Positions 1 to 7,015 are shown, counted from the first letter of the stretch. The stretch is 38,621 nucleotides of DNA from a virus (IMGVR_UViG_3300032281_000336:1-38621); one strand, 5' to 3'. A program made the numbers and translations. Notes: generated by a model not told the origin, from the sequence alone.

Positions 1-193
1 ATCATATATATATATCTTCTTATTTATTTCATAAATAAAGTAGTATTCTATATATCATATCTTATTCTATTTATCTTTTTATATTCCTTTCAAAGTAAGA
101 AGAAGGGATTTTTCTGGATTTTCAACACAAGGGGTAGTGGTGCTGGTTTGGCTCGGCCACTATGGGCTGTGGTTGCATTAGGCATCTAGGCAC

Positions 194-232
194 AAAAAAG
201 CAGGTGAAGGGATTGGAACCCCACACCCGCTT
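194..232 (-). terminator. Intrinsic terminator-like hairpin ending the early block
   Basis: Minus-strand RNA AAGCGGGUG-UG-GGG-UUCCAAU-CCC-UU-CACCUGCUU running into a U6 tract. Confidence 0.7.
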
Positions 233-245
233 GTTGCATCCTTTT

Positions 246-347
246 TTATTTGCTGTGGTTTTTTATGTAGCTAACCAGCCCCAAAAAGAGCCAGCCTAGC
301 ACGATAAGAATCTTAACCCCTGCCCAAAGGTCTTTAGTGGGCTCCAT
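246..347 (-). CDS. 33-aa single-TM peptide (not in ORF track)
   Basis: Hand translation MEPTKDLWAGVKILIVLGWLFLGLVSYIKNHSK; ATG overlaps the end of the upstream gene; hydrophobic core. Confidence 0.55.
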   Translation of the reverse strand: MEPTKDLWAGVKILIVLGWLFLGLVSYIKNHSK

Positions 348-1083
348 AAATTACAATCCTTTCACGCTTGTCCCAACATTTCCGGCAGTCCATACACTTG
401 TGTCCCTGTTTGGGAGCGGGGCACGTTGCCACACCTTCGAGCCTAGTCACCCCGGACACTACTGCCCCAAGCTTATCCGCAATTGTTAGGGGAAGTTCGC
501 CATCAATCATATAAGCAGAAAGGCGAATGGTAAGATTTGGCGGGATAATTCCCCCCTGTGCTATGTAATCCCCGATAAGCTTATATTCTCGACTAGGCAG
601 CCAAAAGGAGACGTTTGAAAGTAAGGTGGCAATTTGACATATCCGATCTAGATGCTCAAAACTTTGCAAGTCTCCCGAATCGTGCCATCTAAAGAATTGA
701 TTCCCATCGCATTTTATAAGGTAAATCATCGCCTCAACCCATCGTTTGTGCTTAATCGCTTTAAAGCGTCTCGCCATTGCGTTAATTACGTTTGGATAGT
801 TAAAGTTATTTCGGAAAGCGTAGCAAATTCTACACGTTGAGTTTACAATTTTTCTGAGCTTTGCCCCTACTTTGCAATGCTTCGCCGGGATTGAGTAAGC
901 TTTGCAAGGCATTTTTGAAGGGGAGGATAACCCTCCTGTGATCTGAAAGGCTTTTTCCTCGTTCATGGCTCCCCGTGTTGACGGAAAGTTTTTAAACGAG
1001 GAGTAATCTTTAGGATGTTTAAGCGGAACAGGTGTCGCTGTTGCTGTGGTTGTGATAGTTGATGATAGTTTTTTAGTATTCAT
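334..1083 (-). CDS. GP88-like Cys-rich (radical-SAM-related/Fe-S) phage protein
   Basis: Motifs YSIPAxxC...CxxCYA, RWHDSGD, WLPSRE, NLTIRLS and C-terminal CPA...CxxCRxCW; AAGGAG SD upstream. Confidence 0.75.
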   Translation of the reverse strand: MNTKKLSSTITTTATATPVPLKHPKDYSSFKNFPSTRGAMNEEKAFQITGGLSSPSKMPCKAYSIPAKHCKVGAKLRKIVNSTCRICYAFRNNFNYPNVINAMARRFKAIKHKRWVEAMIYLIKCDGNQFFRWHDSGDLQSFEHLDRICQIATLLSNVSFWLPSREYKLIGDYIAQGGIIPPNLTIRLSAYMIDGELPLTIADKLGAVVSGVTRLEGVATCPAPKQGHKCMDCRKCWDKRERIVIYGAH

Positions 1084-1107
1084 TTTAAGAATTCTCCTTT
1101 TTATGGT

Positions 1108-1146
1108 GGAAAGGCAAGAGGAGGATTGAACTCCCCCCGCCCCTCC
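1108..1146 (-). other. 16-bp intergenic RNA hairpin with 7-nt T-loop-like cap
   Basis: GGAGGGGCGGGGGGAG-UUCAAUC-CUCCUCUUGCCUUUCC pairs fully with 5 G-U pairs on the minus strand. Confidence 0.7.
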
Positions 1147-1153
1147 TGTTCCC

Positions 1154-2038
1154 CTAGCTAATTAAGACAGGGAGAGTTTCCCCCCTTTGGATTGATTCAG
1201 TTGCGTCCCATAGTTTCCGATTAATGTCGATGCTTTGGGATATGCTCCTGATGGTTCGCATCCTGCGGGGCCGGATGTCCATCCCCTGTTGAGTCCTGCG
1301 GGGCATACTCACGCTAAACCCTCCCCGAATTACGTTTTCTTGTATTCGGTTGAATACGTTCCAAAGGCTAGGCGATGCGTCCTCAGTCCTGCGTATCTTA
1401 ACTACTTCATCAACCCGGCGGGTGAACTCTTCCCGCATGAACTCCACTCCAACCCCCGCCTCTTCTAAGCGTTGGGAAGTTTTGGTGAAGTTGTCCCCGC
1501 CAAAGTAATCCCGCCAACGTAGGCCAACGGCAAACCCCGCAAGGTTACGTTGTTGAGAGTCGTTAAGGGTGATACTTTGCCACTCTTTAATCACTTGTGA
1601 GGAGCGTTGAAGGTCGTTTTCAGTATGGGCTACGGCTTCCCCCAAAGCTTCCCCAAGTTTATCCGATGATAGCGAATGGCGAATTCGGATTGAGGAGTAT
1701 TGAGTGCCTACCATCAGCCCATTGGTGCAAATTAGGCGATAGAATCCAGCGAACAACTCAAAGGACGCTGAACCATCGTTAGCATTTCGTAGGTTAATTC
1801 TGGGAAGGTATTCACCAACCTGCTTCTCTTCTCCAACCCTTGCCAAGCTTACAAAGTGTTTGGCAAAGGCCCGGCGCTCGACATCACGGGAGCGAACTTG
1901 AGAAGAGGCAAAGGGCGTCCACCCTAACCCCTCGAACTGGCTCATAACGTCAGCTGTTCGAATGTTGTTAAAACGTGGAGTGGTAGTCTGCTCGAATCGT
2001 CCACGCTGGTTTAGTGTATCTTGGATTAGTATATTCAT
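1154..2038 (-). CDS. DUF932/DUF945-family protein
   Basis: Motifs NANDGSASF, GFYRLICTNGLMVG, IRHS, RRTED, LWNVFNRIQENVIRGG, INRKLW; AGGAGG SD. Confidence 0.85.
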   Translation of the reverse strand: MNILIQDTLNQRGRFEQTTTPRFNNIRTADVMSQFEGLGWTPFASSQVRSRDVERRAFAKHFVSLARVGEEKQVGEYLPRINLRNANDGSASFELFAGFYRLICTNGLMVGTQYSSIRIRHSLSSDKLGEALGEAVAHTENDLQRSSQVIKEWQSITLNDSQQRNLAGFAVGLRWRDYFGGDNFTKTSQRLEEAGVGVEFMREEFTRRVDEVVKIRRTEDASPSLWNVFNRIQENVIRGGFSVSMPRRTQQGMDIRPRRMRTIRSISQSIDINRKLWDATESIQRGETLPVLIS

Positions 2039-2172
2039 TATTTTATCCTCCTGTTCAATTCATTAACGATTTCATCGCCATACTTTGAGGTGTGCTGATT
2101 CTTCACCATTAGTGAGTCCAGCTTGTCTCTAAGCTGAAAGCGTTTCATTTTATTGATTTTTTTGTGTTTCAT
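2038..2172 (-). CDS. 44-aa basic early protein (not in ORF track)
   Basis: MKHKKINKMKRFQLRDKLDSLMVKNQHTSKYGDEIVNELNRRIK; TAATG stop/start overlap with the DUF932 gene. Confidence 0.65.
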   Translation of the reverse strand: MKHKKINKMKRFQLRDKLDSLMVKNQHTSKYGDEIVNELNRRIK

Positions 2173-2178
2173 TGTGTT

Positions 2179-2280
2179 TTATTTTTTCCTATTTAATAGG
2201 ACATATACCGCACCCCAGAAGAATCCTGCCACAAGGCAAAGAATCCCGAAGGTGAGGAGAGTCCAAGTTTCGTTTTGCAT
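2179..2280 (-). CDS. 33-aa single-TM peptide, first early gene, probably leaderless (not in ORF track)
   Basis: MQNETWTLLTFGILCLVAGFFWGAVYVLLNRKK; ATG follows the -10 box after 6 nt. Confidence 0.6.
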   Translation of the reverse strand: MQNETWTLLTFGILCLVAGFFWGAVYVLLNRKK

Positions 2281-2286
2281 AAGGTG

Positions 2287-2315
2287 AAGATACTGGAGAG
2301 AGTAAAGAGTGTCAA
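2287..2315 (-). promoter_or_regulatory. Host sigma70-type early promoter
   Basis: TTGACA (2315-2310), 17-nt spacer, TATCTT (2292-2287). Confidence 0.8.
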
Positions 2316-2798
2316 GGGATATTTATCTGTTTATAAAAAGATTTTAAGTCCGTTTCTAGATAGAGGATAGCGGAAAGAGGGCAAGAGCGTTTCTAAGGCC
2401 ATTTACGGCTCACCTTGTCGATTTGAGTTTTTGGCAAGCGAAAAAAAGTGATAGAGAATGATAGTAGGTGGGCTACTAGGTCACTTGAGCTTTTCTAATG
2501 TTTACAAGGTATAATAAAAAAACGAATTAAAACTCTTTTTGCGTCACGATTGCGAGCGTTGCACCATAAGCAAAGCCCGTAAAACTCCCTTGCCCCCGGC
2601 ATCGACCCCGCTTGCCCCCGGTGCGAGCTGGGAAGGCGTTGCATCGGCGGTGTAAACATTCTCAATCTGTTCACTCCCCTGCTACGGCCTGTCATGTTTG
2701 CCCAATTCCTGCCCGATCTTTTTCTGGTTGCATCCATCGTGCAACGGCTGGTGTTGATAGTGGTTCGGCACGGCTTCGACCGCCCAAAAAAACGGCTT

Positions 2799-2856
2799 GA
2801 CCCCATAGGGGGGAAAACGCACCAGTAATTTACGTTAATACTCTCTCAGATTTTTT
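2799..2856 (-). other. T7-like terminal-repeat start / terminase cleavage signature
   Basis: Minus strand AAAAAATCTGAGAGAGTA-TTAACG...TTTTCCCCCCTATGGGGTC resembles the T7 end as I recall it (AAAATCTGAGTGACTA-TCTCAC...TTCCCCCATAGGGGGTAC); lies in the non-coding gap between the last late genes and the early promoter. Confidence 0.6.
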
Positions 2857-2907
2857 CACCAAAATCTTAAGACCCCTATAAGCTACCCTTTTAACTTACA
2901 GCACCCC

Positions 2908-2936
2908 TTTACAAACCCGTTTGTACCTAGTATTCT
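2908..2936 (+). promoter_or_regulatory. Host sigma70-type promoter for the plus-strand cassette
   Basis: TTTACA (2908-2913), 17-nt spacer, TATTCT (2931-2936); ATG at 2943. Confidence 0.65.
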
Positions 2937-2942
2937 ATCCGT

Positions 2943-3215
2943 ATGAAAACACTATTAATTGCCTTAACCTTCCTAACCGCAACCTTACAAGCTGAAGATA
3001 ACTGGTCAGAGTTTTTAGGTGTGTCCCATCAGTCCAGAGGCACGACTACAATCGTGAACAACACAGCCTTCACCAGTACAGGTGTAGTGACTAAAGTTCG
3101 TGACACCTATTTCGGTGCTGGTGGAATCACCATTAAGCAGGGCGACAGCTATTATGGCCCTCGTACCTACACAACCAAGGTTGGTAGTGACTACTTTAGT
3201 AGTGGCTCTAGGTAG
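2943..3215 (+). CDS. Small secreted protein with ~14-aa beta-hairpin-like repeats
   Basis: Signal peptide MKTLLIALTFLTATLQA; repeats GVVTKVRDTYFGAG / GITIKQGDSYYGPR / TYTTKVGSDYFSSG; promoter directly upstream. Confidence 0.75.
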   Translation: MKTLLIALTFLTATLQAEDNWSEFLGVSHQSRGTTTIVNNTAFTSTGVVTKVRDTYFGAGGITIKQGDSYYGPRTYTTKVGSDYFSSGSR

Positions 3216-3216
3216 T

Positions 3217-3372
3217 ATGCGTACTGCTTTATCTTGGCTTCTGTACCATCTAGGCGACCTTGTAAGCCGTACTAGCCTTCAATATGGCTACGGATACAGG
3301 CTCTACAATAAGCTTATGTGCTGGTCGGTTAAGCTAGATGTGGATTATGCGGTCTGGAAGTCGATTAAGTAA
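3217..3372 (+). CDS. 51-aa hypothetical protein
   Basis: ATG one base after the upstream stop; MRTALSWLLYHLGDLVS...; preferred to the track start at 3100. Confidence 0.55.
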   Translation: MRTALSWLLYHLGDLVSRTSLQYGYGYRLYNKLMCWSVKLDVDYAVWKSIK

Positions 3373-3673
3373 TAAACCCCTTAGTAAAGCTAGGGTTGTC
3401 CTTAAGCACTTGCCCTAGTGTTGCCTCAAGGGTCTTTATGTCCCGTTCTGACAGCTTAACCTCGTAAAGGAAGTTAATAGCCTCAAGCACTTCATGGAGC
3501 AAAGTCAGTTGCTTGCTTTGTGGGTCTTGAAGGCTGTTAATGAGAATCTGAGTCTTGGGGTATGTCTGGCAGATACCGAACATATCAGAGGAACCCTCGC
3601 TCCCCATAAGCTTTTTGTAGGCTGAAGTGGAGTCGTACTCTACGACCTCAAACTCCAACGGGCCGATCTTCAT
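3365..3673 (-). CDS. Zincin-like (HExxH-related) small phage protein
   Basis: MFGIC...ILIN...TLLHEVLEAI; ATGA overlap with the upstream gene. Confidence 0.65.
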   Translation of the reverse strand: MKIGPLEFEVVEYDSTSAYKKLMGSEGSSDMFGICQTYPKTQILINSLQDPQSKQLTLLHEVLEAINFLYEVKLSERDIKTLEATLGQVLKDNPSFTKGFIT

Positions 3674-3915
3674 TGAGGCACGTTTACACCAGAAGATTCA
3701 GTAGGTATAGTTAAACCATAAACTCCACGCAATCTAGTTCTTTTTTGTTTTGCTGGAGAGGACGCTGAAACTGCGTCAGTCGCTAAAGGGCTTGCTGTAG
3801 CTTGTGGAGCAGAAGCCGTTTGAGGTTGACCTAGACCCCGTGCTCTGGCTTGGTTGCTAATTTCTGAAAACACCCTTTCCCGAACAGCGGGAGCATTATT
3901 CAATACTGAACACAT
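3670..3915 (-). CDS. gp7.3-like small virion protein, second copy
   Basis: Met-Cys start, Ala/Pro/Gln-rich middle, basic patch, C-terminal GLTIP...SGVNVPQ matching the tail of ORF 26860..27081. Confidence 0.6.
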   Translation of the reverse strand: MCSVLNNAPAVRERVFSEISNQARARGLGQPQTASAPQATASPLATDAVSASSPAKQKRTRLRGVYGLTIPTESSGVNVPQ

Positions 3916-3918
3916 ATA

Positions 3919-4050
3919 TTATTCAGCAAACCCACCAGACTTATTCTTCATCTTCTTATAAATCTTAAGGTCAATCGTAGAGTTCTTTTTGCTACGGCTA
4001 ATGCCTAGCTTCTTGCGTCTGTTGATATTGTAGTAAAGTCCTTTTTTCAT
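3919..4050 (-). CDS. 43-aa Lys/Arg-rich protein (not in ORF track)
   Basis: MKKGLYYNINRRKKLGISRSKKNSTIDLKIYKKMKNKSGGFAE; ATGA overlap with the upstream ORF. Confidence 0.65.
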   Translation of the reverse strand: MKKGLYYNINRRKKLGISRSKKNSTIDLKIYKKMKNKSGGFAE

Positions 4051-4193
4051 TTGCTACGACCTTTCGAGTAAGCAATAGCAAGAATCTGAGCCATGCTACG
4101 CTTTTTACCAGAAGCACCTTTGGCTTTACCTTTTTTCTTATTGTCAGCCATAAGTTCCTTGATGTTCTTTTGTATGTTGAGTCCTAAAGGCAT
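4047..4193 (-). CDS. 48-aa Lys-rich protein (not in ORF track)
   Basis: MPLGLNIQKNIKELMADNKKKGKAKGASGKKRSMAQILAIAYSKGRSK; resembles small phage proteins with an NIxEL...QxxAIAYS pattern. Confidence 0.65.
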   Translation of the reverse strand: MPLGLNIQKNIKELMADNKKKGKAKGASGKKRSMAQILAIAYSKGRSK

Positions 4194-4237
4194 TTAAGTT
4201 TTCTAAGTAACTTTATTCATTTTGTAAAGGACATATA

Positions 4238-4363
4238 TATGATTAATCATACATTGGTTATGTAAGAGTATGATTGAAGTTTAGAATAGGTTATTACTTA
4301 CTAGTATTTTTTAAAGAATCTATATCTATGATTAATCTCATTATTCTAATATATGATTAATCT
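4238..4363. repeat. Three copies of TATGATTAATC in an AT-rich non-coding gap
   Basis: Copies start at 4238, 4327 and 4352; the first extends to the perfect 14-bp palindrome TATGATTAATCATA. Confidence 0.8.
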
Positions 4364-4541
4364 ATATACCCCCTTACCCCCATAAAGTAACCTTAAACTA
4401 TACCCCCTTAAGATTCGTTTAAGTAAGGAGAATCAGATCGTCTCCCTCTACTATACAGACAATTCCCATAAGGGAAAACTATAAACTATTAACTATAAAC
4501 AACTTAAGTCTAGGCTTGTAGTAAGCTGTACTTTTTTTGTG

Positions 4542-5333
4542 TTACCCCGTAGGGGAGCTACCAGATAGCTTACTAAAAGTCTTATATTCATCATTGTAGC
4601 GGTTGATAAGCCCTTTACCAAAGAGGTCACCCCATCTACCTGTCTGGGTGTTACCATTAGCCATCTTGATGCTGTCTGTCTTGTTCCAGTAATGGGTCTT
4701 GTCATACAGCTCTCTGGCTTGCCGTAGCTTGGTATGGAACTCCCCAGCACTCATCCCATTCAAAACCTTAAGGGCTTCTGGTGTGATGTCCTTACGGCTG
4801 AACTCGATCTTGTCAGAACTTGTACCAACAGCGTTTAGGATTGCCCTAGCACCCGAATCACCCCTCATGTGTGCAACAGACATAATGGCCCCAATCATGC
4901 CAGCATCGGTTACATTGGGTAACCCTACGACCTTGAGCTTTGAAGAAAGCTGACCTGCTACAGCATTGGTAGCTTGTTCGCTATTCGCACCGAACTTCTG
5001 GACAGCTTGGCTGACCTCTTGGTAGCCGGGGTTGCCCTCTCGGAAGCCATAGGTCTCTTTACGGCCAGATTGGACGGCTGAAACACCTTCTGCTTTCATA
5101 ATGGCCTGTGCAGAGTCACGAATGATGCCTGTAAGGGAATCTACTTGGTCGCTATTTAAGTTCATTTTTAAGGCCATTGTAGGCTCATTTTGAGGCATTG
5201 TAGAGCCTTTTTCTGCAACCTGTGGTTGGGTAGGGGTAGTTTGAGGGGCTTTGGGGGTTGGTAAAGGAGCACTAAAAGATGGAGCAGGGCGTTCCCACTT
5301 CATTGTTGCTCTGTTAAGAATCCAATCTGACAT
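4542..5333 (-). CDS. Putative GH108-like lysozyme/endolysin with Pro-rich N-terminal extension
   Basis: IMKAEG...ETYGF resembles the GH108 EGG...ETxYGI motif; C-terminal FGKGLINR resembles the FxxGWxNR peptidoglycan-binding motif. Confidence 0.5.
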   Translation of the reverse strand: MSDWILNRATMKWERPAPSFSAPLPTPKAPQTTPTQPQVAEKGSTMPQNEPTMALKMNLNSDQVDSLTGIIRDSAQAIMKAEGVSAVQSGRKETYGFREGNPGYQEVSQAVQKFGANSEQATNAVAGQLSSKLKVVGLPNVTDAGMIGAIMSVAHMRGDSGARAILNAVGTSSDKIEFSRKDITPEALKVLNGMSAGEFHTKLRQARELYDKTHYWNKTDSIKMANGNTQTGRWGDLFGKGLINRYNDEYKTFSKLSGSSPTG

Positions 5334-5338
5334 AGCCG

Positions 5339-7015
5339 TTATCTATTTATCCAAGTTGGTTGTTTTCGTTTTTTTCCAAATACGCTGTCTGCAAATCTAG
5401 CAAGCTCATCATCTAAAAGTCGATCTTTTTGTTCGACCAAAGCCAAGTCTGTATCTCTGCCCATTTGCTCTACCCAGTACTGCACAGCCATAGCTAAAGC
5501 ATCAAGTCGATCATCATTAGACAAAGCACCCCTGTCCCTTGTGATACGGCTCATCTGGTAAAACAGGCTGTATTTAAGGGCGGTGTCTAAGCCCCGCACA
5601 TCGCAATCGGCATAGTCCTTTCGTACTAGGTCAGAGTCCACAATCAGCTTATGGCTACTCATAACAGGCTCCAATACATCAATAATACGAGCCTCTTTCT
5701 GCTTGCTGTGCCGGACTTCTTCTATGTTGCACGGGTGTATACGGGCGAATACAGGCTTGATAAGGCTGGTAAACATACCACCACCGAAGTTTTCTTCGAT
5801 GATTACAGCGTTTACGCCATGTTTTTTGGCTACTTCAGCCAGCGTTTCTAGGCTTTTAGGGCTATAACCCTCCATTAAACCGCCTATTTCAGATAAGAAT
5901 AGCTGTCCGTGGAGCATCTTGACCACCGCATAGGCTGTTTCGTCCCTGCCCTTACCCGATGGGTCTATGCTCATGCAACAGCCATCGTACTTAACCCAAG
6001 GCTCAACGATGCTCATTGGCCTGTAAAACCTGTCTCCGTTAAGGCCGACATTGGGTAATTCGTTCCATGCAAGCTCCGGGCTAGATGCCCATACAGCTTT
6101 CTGTGGCCCCATATCGGGGTTAAGGGTCATTACAATCAAGTCAGACAGCTTGAGGGGATACCTATTCTGGTCGGAGAGGCTGGTGTTTAGCTGGAACTGC
6201 AACGCAAACCCAGAGCGACCATAGCTGGCCTCACGCTCCATAAGGTCGGCCTCACTAAACCGCTGGGGGTCTGTGGGTTTACCTAATAGTGTGGGGTCGT
6301 TATGAAGTTCGTCACGCAGATCGACAGAGAACGAGTCACCATAAGCGATGCGTTCTGTTTCTGAAGGGAATCTGCTAGGCCATACACAAGTCTTAAAGCC
6401 TCGCTCTGGAAGCATCTTGTAAATACTATTGTAGCTCTGCGGGGTTCCCAAGTAGATCACCTTGCTGGTCTCTAGAGGCTTGATAACCGCATCAAACTCC
6501 TTGATTGTTTCCGACAGCTTGTGACGCATCCCCTCAGTAGCAGAGTTGTTAAGAACCTCTACGTCATCAGCAATAATCACATCAGCTCGGCTACCCGTAA
6601 TCTGTCCTGTGATGCCGATACTCTTTACGCTAGGAGCTTGTGAAGCTGGAGCACCATTGATGTCAAAGGCAACCTTGGAGCACCGCTGTTCCTCGGTAGG
6701 CTTAAGGTGTTCGAGCAGGGGCATCTCGCTTAAGAGACGCAAGCAGAAAGTTGAGAAATCGTCAGAACGACTTTTGCTGGCCGAGATAACCAAGAAGTTC
6801 AGCTTGGGGTCAAGAAGAAGTCTCCATAGCACATACCCAGCGGAGACATAGCTTTTACCGCATCCTCGGAAGGCTTGGATGACGCACCGCTTTGGCCCGT
6901 GCTGAAGGTACTCAGCAATCTGGTACTGAACCTTTGTAGGTGTAGGGAGACCTAAATGCCCCCAAGCCATGTATAAAAAATTACGAAAGTCCTTTAATCT
7001 AGGGTCTAGTTGCAT
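5339..7015 (-). CDS. terL: Terminase large subunit (T7 gp19-like)
   Basis: IQAFRGCGKS Walker A, GSRADVIIADDVE, YLGTPQ, IDPSGKGRDETAY nuclease motif, DDRLDAL. Confidence 0.97.
   Translation of the reverse strand: MQLDPRLKDFRNFLYMAWGHLGLPTPTKVQYQIAEYLQHGPKRCVIQAFRGCGKSYVSAGYVLWRLLLDPKLNFLVISASKSRSDDFSTFCLRLLSEMPLLEHLKPTEEQRCSKVAFDINGAPASQAPSVKSIGITGQITGSRADVIIADDVEVLNNSATEGMRHKLSETIKEFDAVIKPLETSKVIYLGTPQSYNSIYKMLPERGFKTCVWPSRFPSETERIAYGDSFSVDLRDELHNDPTLLGKPTDPQRFSEADLMEREASYGRSGFALQFQLNTSLSDQNRYPLKLSDLIVMTLNPDMGPQKAVWASSPELAWNELPNVGLNGDRFYRPMSIVEPWVKYDGCCMSIDPSGKGRDETAYAVVKMLHGQLFLSEIGGLMEGYSPKSLETLAEVAKKHGVNAVIIEENFGGGMFTSLIKPVFARIHPCNIEEVRHSKQKEARIIDVLEPVMSSHKLIVDSDLVRKDYADCDVRGLDTALKYSLFYQMSRITRDRGALSNDDRLDALAMAVQYWVEQMGRDTDLALVEQKDRLLDDELARFADSVFGKKRKQPTWINR

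Noticed and set aside
1100-1150. Possible tRNA gene or tRNA-derived attP core
   Set aside because: Only a T-loop hairpin: no D or anticodon arm, and the CCA spacing is one base off. Kept as a hairpin finding.
2325-2672. ATCTGTT class II pause/terminator of the T7 concatemer junction
   Set aside because: Both copies here are on the plus strand, opposite to phage transcription.
2495-2806. 103-aa minus ORF and overlapping 62-aa plus ORF
   Set aside because: No SD or recognisable composition; they lie upstream of the early promoter in the probable terminal-repeat region.
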